Shown in pieces: positions 1-8,337 of a DNA stretch of 64,000 nt. Every line of letters begins with the position of its first letter. Positions within the stretch are counted from its first letter, which is position 1. The notes beneath the pieces were generated by a model that was given only the letters and a program-made list of their open reading frames with translations, was not told where the DNA came from and did no database searches. This DNA is from a virus. Lineage: Duplodnaviria; Caudoviricetes. The translations under genes and the position numbers were made by a program. The stretch is from positions 1-64,000 of IMG/VR virus record IMGVR_UViG_2209111019_000003; one strand, written 5' to 3'.

Positions 1-39
1 CATCGCATCAACCCGAGACCTCCGGAAGGAGACGGTCAA

Positions 40-837
40 GTGACCACCGCCAACCGACCCTGCCCCAGCGTCGACATCCGCGCCTACGACCGATGGGTAC
101 GCCGGCAGAAGGGCTACGGCCGCTGGCAGCCCTTCGTCGACGCCCAGCCCGCACGCGACCACGTCCAGCAGGTCATGGCCACCACCGGCATCGGCTGGCG
201 CCGCTACGCCGACCAGGCCGGCGTACCCCGCGCCACCCTCACCTACCTCCTGTACGGCAACAACGGCCGACGCGCCAAGCGCATCACCCCCACCACCGAG
301 ACGAAACTCCTGGCGCTCCACGCCGACAGCGCCCACACCGTCACCGTCCCAGCCATCGGCGCCCACCGGCGCATCCACGCCCTCATGGGCGAAGGCTGGC
401 CCCAGATCCACCTCGGCCCGCACTTCGGCACCCACCCGCAGTACGTCTCCCAGATCCTGCACAACGACCGCATCACCATCGCCACCGCCGAAGCCGTCGC
501 CACCGCCTACGAAGCACTCCACGGAGTCGACCCGCTGACGGCCGGCGCCACCGCGCACGGCGTCACCCTCGCCAAGCGTGCCGCGGCCCGCAACAACTGG
601 CCGGACCGCACCTTCTGGGACGACATGGGCGGCATCGACGACCCCGACTTCGACCCGGCCAGCCTCACCGAACTCCCCAAGTACATGCAGCTCGGCGAGG
701 ACGCCCTGTGGCTGCGAGACCAGGGCTACACGCGGCAGCAGGTCGCCGACCGCCTCGGCGAATCCATCGACTACATCGACCACTCGATCAGGCGCTACCG
801 CGCCGCCCTCGCCGACAACGAGCAGGTCGCCGCATGA
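40..837 (+). CDS. Phage early protein, probable DNA-binding (HTH-like segments)
   Basis: RBS GAAGGAG before GTG; C-terminal 'GYTRQQVADRLGESIDYIDHSIRRY' is HTH-like; ATGA overlap with next gene. Confidence 0.65.
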   Translation: MTTANRPCPSVDIRAYDRWVRRQKGYGRWQPFVDAQPARDHVQQVMATTGIGWRRYADQAGVPRATLTYLLYGNNGRRAKRITPTTETKLLALHADSAHTVTVPAIGAHRRIHALMGEGWPQIHLGPHFGTHPQYVSQILHNDRITIATAEAVATAYEALHGVDPLTAGATAHGVTLAKRAAARNNWPDRTFWDDMGGIDDPDFDPASLTELPKYMQLGEDALWLRDQGYTRQQVADRLGESIDYIDHSIRRYRAALADNEQVAA

Positions 838-1250
838 CCGCCCGCGCCAGCGTCGCCGCCCTCGAAGCGAAGTGGCGGCACCACACCGTCGACATCGACG
901 GCGGGCATCTCGCCTGGACTGGCCCGGAAAAGATCGCGTGGCGAGGCCGCGAACTCCGCCCCGCCCACGCCGCGTACATCATCCGCACCGGCCACGAACC
1001 CGAGGGCCGGTCCCGCGCCGACTGCGGACACCGCGGATGCATCCAGCCCGCCCACGTCGAAGACGCCGCCGGCCGCGCCCGCATCCGCGAGCAGTTCCGC
1101 ACGCTCACCGGCATCCGCGCCCGGGCCGCCACCTGCCGCCAAGGCCACGACCAGACCGACCACGGCCGGCTCACCCCCGGCGGCATCTCGTACTGCCAGA
1201 CCTGCATCACCACCAGCCGACGCACCACCCGAGAGGAGGTGACCGCATGA
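834..1250 (+). CDS. HNH-like / zinc-binding protein (degenerate HNH)
   Basis: ATG at 834 overlaps the upstream stop; 'HLAWTG...AHAAY...CGHRGCIQPAHV' and 'CRQGH...YCQTC' motifs. Confidence 0.55.
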   Translation: MTARASVAALEAKWRHHTVDIDGGHLAWTGPEKIAWRGRELRPAHAAYIIRTGHEPEGRSRADCGHRGCIQPAHVEDAAGRARIREQFRTLTGIRARAATCRQGHDQTDHGRLTPGGISYCQTCITTSRRTTREEVTA

Positions 1251-1353
1251 CCGCCACCCCGATCCCGAAGGACGACGCCGTCTGGTTCCCCGCGTAACCG
1301 ACCCGCCGGCCCGGGCCGCCACACAAGCCCGGGCCGGCACACCACAACACAAA

Positions 1354-1377
1354 GCCCCGCGGTAGTCACCGCGGGGC
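1354..1377. terminator. Stem-loop between convergent genes
   Basis: GCCCCGCGGT-AGTC-ACCGCGGGGC perfect 10-bp stem. Confidence 0.6.
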
Positions 1378-1403
1378 CAGAAGACGAGGGAGGAGGAGAC
1401 GTG

Positions 1404-1679
1404 TCAGCTACGACGCTTCGGTACACGGACCACGCGCTTCGCCTTGGCCGGCGCGTCATCGGAGACAGGCGGGGCCTCCTTCAGTTCGAGCTGCCTCTCC
1501 TCGCCGAGGGCTTCGAGGGCGCGCTCGTAGAAGTCCACGCCGACGAGGACGGCGACGCGTTTGCCACGGGACGTCAGCACGGTCGTCTCGTCGTAGTAGC
1601 GGGCCTTCTCGATCGCGTCGGCGAGCGCATTGCGCACGTCCGCGATCCGCTCCTCGTGCTCCTTCTTGGGCGCGGTCAT
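1404..1679 (-). CDS. Phd/YefM-family antitoxin-like DNA-binding protein (no adjacent toxin)
   Basis: 'IADVRNALADAIEKARYYDETTVLTSRGKRVAVLV' matches the Phd/YefM N-terminal fold; -10 TACACT lies 6 nt before the ATG (leaderless). Confidence 0.75.
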   Translation of the reverse strand: MTAPKKEHEERIADVRNALADAIEKARYYDETTVLTSRGKRVAVLVGVDFYERALEALGEERQLELKEAPPVSDDAPAKAKRVVRVPKRRS

Positions 1680-1685
1680 GTCGGC

Positions 1686-1738
1686 AGTGTACCTCAGAAC
1701 CATGATGTACATCAGCGCGATGACCGCTATGATGTACA
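1686..1738. promoter_or_regulatory. Promoter/operator of the Phd-like gene (TGTACA palindromes)
   Basis: Perfect palindrome TGATGTACATCA at 1703-1714; second ATGATGTACA at 1729-1738; -10 at 1686-1691 on the minus strand. Confidence 0.65.
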
Positions 1739-1836
1739 CGAGACGCGACGAAGGTCGCGGCGAAATGCACTTCCGCCCTGAAGCGAAATGCAATCCCGCG
1801 CCTCCGACCGATTCGCAACCTCCGAAAGAAGTTCCG

Positions 1837-2871
1837 ATGCCCTGGGTCCGCTTGGACGATCGCTTCCCCTCGCACCGCAAGGTCGCGCTGCTGTCCGACC
1901 GCGCCTTCCGCCTGCACGTCTCGGCGCTGTGCTGGGCCTCCGAGAACCTCACCGAGGGCAAGATCCTCGACCGCGAGCTGAGCGTCATCGCTCGCGTCCG
2001 CGGGGCGAAGACGGCTGCGAAGGAACTGGAGACGGCCGGCCTGTGGGACCGAGCCGACGACGGCTGGCAGATCCACGACTACCTGGAGTACAACCCCGAC
2101 CGCGCCAAGGTGCAGGCCGAGCGTGAGGCGAACGCCGCCCGGCAGCAGGCGTGGCGAGACCGCAAGCGCGCCGAGCGTGAGGCGAAGAAGGCCGCCGAAG
2201 ATGCGGCCCGTAATGCCGCGCGTAACGGCGTTACGCAGACGCCTTCGGAGCCCGAAAACAGCACGACGGCGACACGAACGCGACACGACGGCGACACGAA
2301 CGCGCGAGAAAACCACCTCGCAAATCAGTCATCGCCGCAGGTCAACGCGTTTCGTAACGCCGTTAATAACGGCACCCCGTCCCGACCCGTCCTTCCTTCT
2401 CCTATGGAGAAGGAAGAAGAAGAGACAGCTAGCTACGCGAGCCCGCCCACTCGGATCGGCGATCGCCCCCGCATCCCCGCCGCCTCGCAGCCCCTCGTCG
2501 ACGCCCTCCACGCTGCCGGCCTCATCACCGGATGGGACCTCCACGACACCGAGTGGTTCCTCATCGAAGCCCTCATCCGCCGCTGCGGCATCCCCGCCCT
2601 CGTTGTCTCCGCCCGCGGCAGCTGGCAGGGCGCCAACAAGCAGCCCCGCACCGGCCGCTACTTCCTGCCCGCCTGGCGGACCCTGCCTGACGCCCCAGCC
2701 CAGACCGAGCAGCAGCAGTACCTGCCCGCCGTGGTGGGCGACAACGTCCACCACTTCCCGAACCCCGGGCATCGGCCCTCCACCACCGACGCGCGCGTCA
2801 ACCAGGCCGTCGAGACCGGCCGCCGCCTCCAAGCCCTCGCCGACGCCGCCCGAGCCCAGGAGCAGCAGTGA
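1837..2871 (+). CDS. Putative phage replication initiator protein
   Basis: N-terminus 'MPWVRLDDRFPSHRKV...LCWASENLTEG...ELETAGLW...GWQIHDYLEYNP' typical of actinophage Rep-like proteins; low-complexity middle contains DNA repeats. Confidence 0.7.
   Translation: MPWVRLDDRFPSHRKVALLSDRAFRLHVSALCWASENLTEGKILDRELSVIARVRGAKTAAKELETAGLWDRADDGWQIHDYLEYNPDRAKVQAEREANAARQQAWRDRKRAEREAKKAAEDAARNAARNGVTQTPSEPENSTTATRTRHDGDTNARENHLANQSSPQVNAFRNAVNNGTPSRPVLPSPMEKEEEETASYASPPTRIGDRPRIPAASQPLVDALHAAGLITGWDLHDTEWFLIEALIRRCGIPALVVSARGSWQGANKQPRTGRYFLPAWRTLPDAPAQTEQQQYLPAVVGDNVHHFPNPGHRPSTTDARVNQAVETGRRLQALADAARAQEQQ
2209..2373. repeat. Iteron-like repeats inside the rep gene (candidate origin)
   Basis: CACGACGGCGACACGAACGCG at 2262-2282 and 2284-2304 (22-bp period); CGTAA(T/C)G(C/G)CG at 2209, 2221, 2353; palindrome GCGTAAC-GGC-GTTACGC at 2220-2236. 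Confidence 0.6.
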
Positions 2872-3587
2872 ACGAGACCATCACCTTCGAGCAGGTCGGC
2901 ATGATCCTCGGCCTCGCCGCCGCCCGCGACCAGCGCACCACCGGCGACGCCGACGCCCTCGCCTGGCACGCCGACCTCAACGCCGCCGGCATCAACTACT
3001 CAACCGCCGCCGACGCCCTCACCCGCTTCTACGTCGACCAGGCCGCGATCCCCGCGGACAAGCGGTACAGGGCCACCACCCCCGACGTCATCGCGATCTC
3101 CCGGAAGATCCGCGCCGAGCGCCTCGAAGGGTTCGTGTACGAGCCGCCCCCGGGCGACAGCGACCCGCACTACCTCGAACGGCTGAAGGAGCAGCGCGCC
3201 GCCGTCGCTGACGGGCTACGCCCCGCCGTACCCCCGCAGGCCGCCATCGAAGGCCCCCCGCCGGCGTCCCTGTCACGGATGCTGACCGGCCTCGGCCGCA
3301 GCGTGCCCGACGTCGATGACGAGATCGCAGCCGTGAAACGGCCCGGACCACTCGGTATCGAATGCCCCAAGTGCCGGGCCCCGATTGGCCGCCCCTGCCG
3401 CCTCCCCGGAGGGCGCGAGCGGCCCGCGCACCCGGCCCGCACGACGGCTGCGGGTGGCGAAGTGGTGGAGCTGGACCGAGAGCAGCAGCAGGAGATCGAA
3501 CGGCGCCGCGCCATATCCCGCAGTGCAGTCGAGCCCGGCACCGTCATCGAACCGAACGACGGCTTCCAGCACGGGGAGGCGTCGTGA
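2868..3587 (+). CDS. Putative helicase-loader-like protein with C-terminal zinc finger
   Basis: Directly downstream of rep (GTGA overlap); 'CPKCRAPIGRPCR...HPAR' Zn finger; loader role inferred from position. Confidence 0.5.
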   Translation: MNETITFEQVGMILGLAAARDQRTTGDADALAWHADLNAAGINYSTAADALTRFYVDQAAIPADKRYRATTPDVIAISRKIRAERLEGFVYEPPPGDSDPHYLERLKEQRAAVADGLRPAVPPQAAIEGPPPASLSRMLTGLGRSVPDVDDEIAAVKRPGPLGIECPKCRAPIGRPCRLPGGRERPAHPARTTAAGGEVVELDREQQQEIERRRAISRSAVEPGTVIEPNDGFQHGEAS

Positions 3588-3895
3588 GCGAGCCGGAGAT
3601 CACCCCCGACGACACGCACGTGATGCGGAAGCAGGGCGACTGGCGGGCGTACCTCGACAGCGAGATCGCCAAGGGCAACGCCCGCCGCGCCAAACCCGCC
3701 ACCAAGCCCCAGGCGCCCGCACCGCCCGGCCACCGCCCCGGGGCATGGCCGCCAGGCACCCGGCCCCCCGACCCGCCCGACCCCATACCGGCCGCCGAGA
3801 TCGAACAAGCCCTCGCTGCCTACCGGGTCAACCCCGACGAAGACCACCCCTGCCAGTGCACCGCCTGCCAACAACTCACCGGAGGAACCCGATGA
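3584..3895 (+). CDS. Hypothetical phage protein
   Basis: GTGA overlap, RBS GGGGAGG; ends with a CxCxxC motif. Confidence 0.6.
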   Translation: MSEPEITPDDTHVMRKQGDWRAYLDSEIAKGNARRAKPATKPQAPAPPGHRPGAWPPGTRPPDPPDPIPAAEIEQALAAYRVNPDEDHPCQCTACQQLTGGTR

Positions 3896-4227
3896 CCACA
3901 ACCGAACGCCACCTCGCGCTCATGAGTCTGATGAACGACATCGAGGTCCCGACGAAGATCTACCGGTCCGCGCTCCGCAAGGCGTGGAGCACCGAGACCG
4001 ACAGCCCCGAGAACAACGCCGCGAAGGACAAGGGCAACATCGCCCTGGAGGAGATCGAGGGCATCGTCCGCGACTGGGTCGCCAACCACCCGGACGCCCG
4101 ACTGTGCGGGTTCACCCGGGCTGGCTACGACCCCTGTGCCCGGCCCGCAGGTCACGTCGAGGCGTACTGCCGCAACGCCGCAGAGACCCAGTTCTTCCTG
4201 CGCGAAGACGCCGGGGTGACCGCGTGA
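3892..4227 (+). CDS. Hypothetical phage protein
   Basis: RBS GGAGG, ATGA overlap, high-GC3 codon usage. Confidence 0.65.
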   Translation: MTTTERHLALMSLMNDIEVPTKIYRSALRKAWSTETDSPENNAAKDKGNIALEEIEGIVRDWVANHPDARLCGFTRAGYDPCARPAGHVEAYCRNAAETQFFLREDAGVTA

Positions 4228-4535
4228 CCGCCCGCTACGGAACCCCGGCCCCGGAAGGCATCCGCCACCTGGCCCGCGCCAAGCACCACCCGGCGCGTGC
4301 CGTCGAATGCCCCCACTGCGCAGCCCACCCCCACGCCCCCTGCACGACCATCTCGAAGCGCCGCCGCCTGGACCAGCCCCACCCCGGCCGCATCACCGCT
4401 TGGGTCCGCGACACGGCCGTCTGCCCCAGCTGCCAGGTCGAACCCGGCATTCCCTGCCACAACGGCGGCTGGGAACTCGAAGGCGGTCAAGTCCACGACC
4501 AGCGCCGCCAGGAAGCTGAGGTGACCGCGGCATGA
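4224..4535 (+). CDS. Tandem zinc-finger protein
   Basis: Two CPxCxAxPxxPC...H-type repeats, the same motif as the C-terminus of 2868-3587. Confidence 0.65.
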   Translation: MTARYGTPAPEGIRHLARAKHHPARAVECPHCAAHPHAPCTTISKRRRLDQPHPGRITAWVRDTAVCPSCQVEPGIPCHNGGWELEGGQVHDQRRQEAEVTAA

Positions 4536-4816
4536 GCGTCAACAAGCCCGGAACCGGTCGTTTCCCGCTCCACCCCGGCCGCCCCTTCGTATTTCGCTGC
4601 CGTCGCCGCGGCGTCTGGGGCTTCATCTGCGACTGCCTCGACCAGGCCAGTACCGGGCAGTTCGGCACCGAGCATCCGAACCGTGACGACTGGGTCGACG
4701 CCCTACGCAAAGCCCAGGACCACATCCGGTACTGGCACAAGACCGCGGCCGAGTTGGAGACCGAACGCTTGGAGCGCATGTTCGCCGCCGACGCCTTCAC
4801 CGGGAGCGGGTCATGA
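4532..4816 (+). CDS. Hypothetical phage protein
   Basis: ATGA-coupled within the operon. Confidence 0.55.
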   Translation: MSVNKPGTGRFPLHPGRPFVFRCRRRGVWGFICDCLDQASTGQFGTEHPNRDDWVDALRKAQDHIRYWHKTAAELETERLERMFAADAFTGSGS

Positions 4817-5064
4817 GCGTCCGCCCGGAGATCGCCGCGCTCATCGCCGCCGGCCACACCGACACCGCCATCGCCAAGCGTCTCGGCATCGACCGCTCGA
4901 CCGCCAACAAGGCCCGACACGAACTGCGCTGGGCCAGCCAGCGGCCCGAAGGCCGCCTCGCCCTGGAGTCGATCCCGACCGGCCACGCACTCCGCCGCCG
5001 CGACTGGACGGCTGAGGAGCAGGCCGCCCACCGCGCGGAACTCCTCGCCGCACTCGCCGCCTGA
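4813..5064 (+). CDS. Small HTH protein
   Basis: 'GHTDTAIAKRLGIDRSTANKAR' helix-turn-helix. Confidence 0.65.
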   Translation: MSVRPEIAALIAAGHTDTAIAKRLGIDRSTANKARHELRWASQRPEGRLALESIPTGHALRRRDWTAEEQAAHRAELLAALAA

Positions 5065-5079
5065 CCACCAGGAGAAGCC

Positions 5080-5235
5080 GTGACCGAGGAGCCCACCAGC
5101 GCCAGCATCCGCGCCGCCCTTGAGGCCACCGAAGGCGAAGACACCTGCCCGACCTGCCTCAAGACGAAAAGCCAGTACGACGCCGCCTACTACGCCAACT
5201 ACCGCAACGAGACCGCCACCCGACCCGCCGCCTGA
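5080..5235 (+). CDS. Small hypothetical protein (51 aa, CxxC)
   Basis: RBS AGGAG before GTG; below the ORF-track length cutoff. Confidence 0.5.
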   Translation: MTEEPTSASIRAALEATEGEDTCPTCLKTKSQYDAAYYANYRNETATRPAA

Positions 5236-5247
5236 AGGAGAAACGCC

Positions 5248-5508
5248 ATGACCAGCCAGACCACGACCGAAGAAGCCCGTGACCGTCTCGGCCGTCGCGC
5301 CGAAGCGATGGACACCGAGCGCAACGAATGGCGCCAGCGAGCCTGGACCGCCGAAGCCGAGTTGGGCCGCATCGAACGCGAGTTGCTCAACGCCATCGGC
5401 GACGACCGCGAGCTCCACCCTGACGGCGCCGACGCCCAGCCCCGCCTCGGCCTCCTCGCCGCGCTCCGGATCGTCCAGGGCGACCGCTTCGGCGCCCCCG
5501 CCGCTTAA
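5248..5508 (+). CDS. Hypothetical phage protein
   Basis: RBS AAGGAG; coiled-coil-like. Confidence 0.6.
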   Translation: MTSQTTTEEARDRLGRRAEAMDTERNEWRQRAWTAEAELGRIERELLNAIGDDRELHPDGADAQPRLGLLAALRIVQGDRFGAPAA

Positions 5509-5558
5509 CCCGCCCGTCCCCGTTCCGCCGACACCGCCGCCTGAAAGGAACCGCCGCC

Positions 5559-6329
5559 ATGACCCCCAGCCCGTACTGGACCAGCCCCGACGGGGAGGTG
5601 ACCCTCTACCACGGCGACTGCCGCGAGATCCTGCCGGAGCTCGGGCTGCAGGCCGACCTCGTTGTCGCGGATCCGCCCTACGCCGAAACCAGCCTCGCCT
5701 GGGACCGGTGGCCCGAAGGCTGGCCCACCCTCGCCGCCGGCGTCGCCAGCAGCATGTGGTGCTTCGGCAGCATGCGCATGTTCCTCGACAGGCGAGACGA
5801 GTTCGCCGCCTGGAAGCTGTCGCAGGACATCGTCTGGGAGAAGCACAACGGGTCCGGTTTCGCCGCCGACCGGTTCAAGCGCGTCCACGAGATCGCCACC
5901 CACTGGTACCGCAGCGACTGGCGCGACATCCACCACGACGTGCCCACCGAGAAGTCCGGGCGACGCGGGGGCGGCGAAGGCGGACTGTCGGCAACGGCGA
6001 CCGCACGGGAGCACACCGGCAAGATCGCCGGGAAGGTCTGGGACGGATCGGATGGTGTCCGGCTTCTCCGCAGCGTCTTCAAGGTCCGGTCCATGCACGG
6101 ACGCGCCCTGCACCCCACCGAGAAGCCCCTCGGCATCCTCACCCCGCTGATCACCTACGCCTGCCCGCCCGGCGGCTTGGTCGTCGACCCGTTCTCGGGC
6201 AGTGGCAGCACCTTGGACGCCGCCCGGTCCGTCGGCCGGCGCGCCGTCGGTATCGAAGCCGACGAGCGCTACTGCGAAGCCGCTGCCCGCCGCCTCGACC
6301 AACTCGCCCTGTTCGGCGACACCGCCTGA
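5559..6329 (+). CDS. DNA amino-methyltransferase, beta class (probably N6-adenine)
   Basis: Motif IV DPPY before motif I DPFSGSGST; HPTEKP motif. Confidence 0.9.
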   Translation: MTPSPYWTSPDGEVTLYHGDCREILPELGLQADLVVADPPYAETSLAWDRWPEGWPTLAAGVASSMWCFGSMRMFLDRRDEFAAWKLSQDIVWEKHNGSGFAADRFKRVHEIATHWYRSDWRDIHHDVPTEKSGRRGGGEGGLSATATAREHTGKIAGKVWDGSDGVRLLRSVFKVRSMHGRALHPTEKPLGILTPLITYACPPGGLVVDPFSGSGSTLDAARSVGRRAVGIEADERYCEAAARRLDQLALFGDTA

Positions 6330-6389
6330 CCCCCGCCTGGCCCTTCCGCCGTAACGCCACCCGACCACCCGACCACCCGAGGAGACGAC

Positions 6390-6776
6390 ATGACCAACAC
6401 CGAGACCGAACCCGCGACGACACCGCGGCGCGTGCAGCGGACCCGGCCCCGCATCAAGGGCACGAAGGGCATGCCGCCCGGCGCCGTGTACGTCGGCCGG
6501 CCCGGACGGTGGGGCAACCCGTTCCCGGCCTACGACAGCGGCATCAAGGAACGAGCCCTCGCCGCCCTCCTGTTCGCCAACCTCCTCGCCCAACGCGACA
6601 GCCACCCCTTCCCCGAGCACCTGATGCCCTATCCGACGGACGCGGACATCCGTGCCGAACTGGCGGGCCGGGATCTGGCGTGCTGGTGCCCGCTGCCTGC
6701 GTCGGGCGAGATCGACCACTGCCACGCCGCGGTCCTCCTCCGGATCGCCAACTCGCCTGCCGGGGCCGGCCTGTGA
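6390..6776 (+). CDS. DUF4326-like protein
   Basis: 'VYVGRPGRWGNPF' and 'LAGRDLACWCP...CHAAVL' signature. Confidence 0.8.
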   Translation: MTNTETEPATTPRRVQRTRPRIKGTKGMPPGAVYVGRPGRWGNPFPAYDSGIKERALAALLFANLLAQRDSHPFPEHLMPYPTDADIRAELAGRDLACWCPLPASGEIDHCHAAVLLRIANSPAGAGL

Positions 6777-7906
6777 GCGGCGTGTGGCAGGCCGCGGGGG
6801 ACAGGGCGGGCGACCCCGGGACGGGCGGACGGCCTTCCCCGACCCCATCCCGGGGCGTGGTGCGGCCACAGACGGCCCCAGACCGCGTCCGTGGGGCTTT
6901 TCCCGCACCGACCTCTCCCGAAGGCTTCACGGGCCGTACAGAGACGCGGGTCATCGGCGACCTGTTCGCCGGCCCCGGCGGACTCGACGAAGCAGCCCGC
7001 CAGATGGACATCCGATCCATCGGCATCGAGTACGACCCGGACGCCTGCACCACCCGACGCGCCGCGGGCCACCCCACCGTCGAAGGCGACGTCCGCGAGT
7101 ACGGACCCGCAGACTTCCCCGACGCGAACGTCCTCGCCGGCGGTCCGCCCTGCCAGACGTTCTCCACCACCGGCAACGGAGCCGGGCGGGCAGTCCTGAC
7201 CCAACTCCAGCGGGACGCCAAAACCATGGCCGCCCGCCAGCCGGTCCAGCCCACACTCGGCGACGAACGCTCCGCCCTCGTCCTCGAACCCCTCCGCTGG
7301 GCACTGGCAGCGATCGACACGGGCCGGCCCTATCGGGCGATCGTCCTGGAACAGGTCCCGCAGGTACTCCCGATCTGGGAGACCTACGTCGAGCTGCTGC
7401 GCGCCGAGGGCTACCAGGCCGCCTGCGGGATCCTCAAGGCCGAGGAGCACGGCGTGCCGCAGACCCGGCGCCGCGCGGTCATGCTGGCCCGCCTCGACGG
7501 TCCCGTGGCGCTCCCGGAGCCGACCCACGCGGCATACCGCAGCCGTAGCGCGGGACTGCCCGCACCCGTCGCCATGGGCGATGTCCTCCCGCACCGCGGC
7601 GAGTTCACCGTCGTCTCCAACTACGGCACTGGCGGCGACCCGAAGAAGCGCGGACGCCGGCACTCCACGGAGCCCGCGGCCACCGTCACCGGAAAGATCA
7701 ACCGCAACCGGGTCCTCAACCCCGACGGGTCGGAACAGCCCCGCCTCACCCCGAGCGAAGCCGGCCAGCTGCAGGGCTTCCCCGCCGACTACCCGTGGAC
7801 CGGCAACGACACCTGGCAGCAGATCGGCAACGCCATCCCCGTACCGCTCGGCCGCGCACTCCTCACCGCGGCACTCGGAGCCGACTACGAGGGAGCTGCC
7901 GCATGA
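6773..7906 (+). CDS. DNA (cytosine-5)-methyltransferase
   Basis: DLFAGPGG (I), GGPPCQ (IV), EQV (VI), PQTRRR (VIII), QIGNAIP (X); GTG start overlapping the upstream stop is assumed. Confidence 0.9.
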   Translation: MSGVWQAAGDRAGDPGTGGRPSPTPSRGVVRPQTAPDRVRGAFPAPTSPEGFTGRTETRVIGDLFAGPGGLDEAARQMDIRSIGIEYDPDACTTRRAAGHPTVEGDVREYGPADFPDANVLAGGPPCQTFSTTGNGAGRAVLTQLQRDAKTMAARQPVQPTLGDERSALVLEPLRWALAAIDTGRPYRAIVLEQVPQVLPIWETYVELLRAEGYQAACGILKAEEHGVPQTRRRAVMLARLDGPVALPEPTHAAYRSRSAGLPAPVAMGDVLPHRGEFTVVSNYGTGGDPKKRGRRHSTEPAATVTGKINRNRVLNPDGSEQPRLTPSEAGQLQGFPADYPWTGNDTWQQIGNAIPVPLGRALLTAALGADYEGAAA

Positions 7907-8103
7907 GCGCCGTCGTGATCCACCGCATCCGCTGCGACGCCCCATGGCCCGAGGACGGAGGCCAGTGCCTCACCGAATGGGACGCACCGTTCCCGACATC
8001 CACGGCAACCGAACTGCGCGCATGGCTCAAGTCCCGCGGATGGCACCGCACCCGCGCCACCGGCGACATCTGCCCCGACTGCTGGAAAGAGGGACGTCGA
8101 TGA
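7903..8103 (+). CDS. Small Cys-rich hypothetical protein
   Basis: ATGA overlap; 'RGW...DICPDC'. Confidence 0.55.
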   Translation: MSAVVIHRIRCDAPWPEDGGQCLTEWDAPFPTSTATELRAWLKSRGWHRTRATGDICPDCWKEGRR

Positions 8104-8234
8104 GCGCTCACGACACCTGCCCGTGTGGCCACGACTGGATCGACCACTGGCTGCCCGCACCCCACCCCTGCAAGCGCTGTACGTGCACCGGGTGGTGGGA
8201 CAGGCGCGACTACGGGCGCACCAAGCAGAAATGA
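8100..8234 (+). CDS. Small Cys/His-rich hypothetical protein
   Basis: 'CPCGH...H...CKRCTC'; ATGA overlap. Confidence 0.45.
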   Translation: MSAHDTCPCGHDWIDHWLPAPHPCKRCTCTGWWDRRDYGRTKQK

Positions 8235-8337
8235 CCCCCACCCTCGGACGGCCGGCCGTGCCTGCGGCTAACAGGCGGGGCCGGCCGCGCCCCTCATCCC
8301 ACCACCACCCGCACACAACAACAACCGGAGGAACACC

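Noticed and set aside
1247-1404. Toxin partner for the Phd-like gene
   Set aside because: Only a 16-codon plus-strand ORF and hairpins lie downstream; no RelE, Doc or PIN motifs
5279-6772. 875-aa ORF 5279-7906 as one giant methyltransferase
   Set aside because: The N-terminal 500 aa are an Arg/Pro-rich off-frame read over three real genes; MTase motifs start only after 6773
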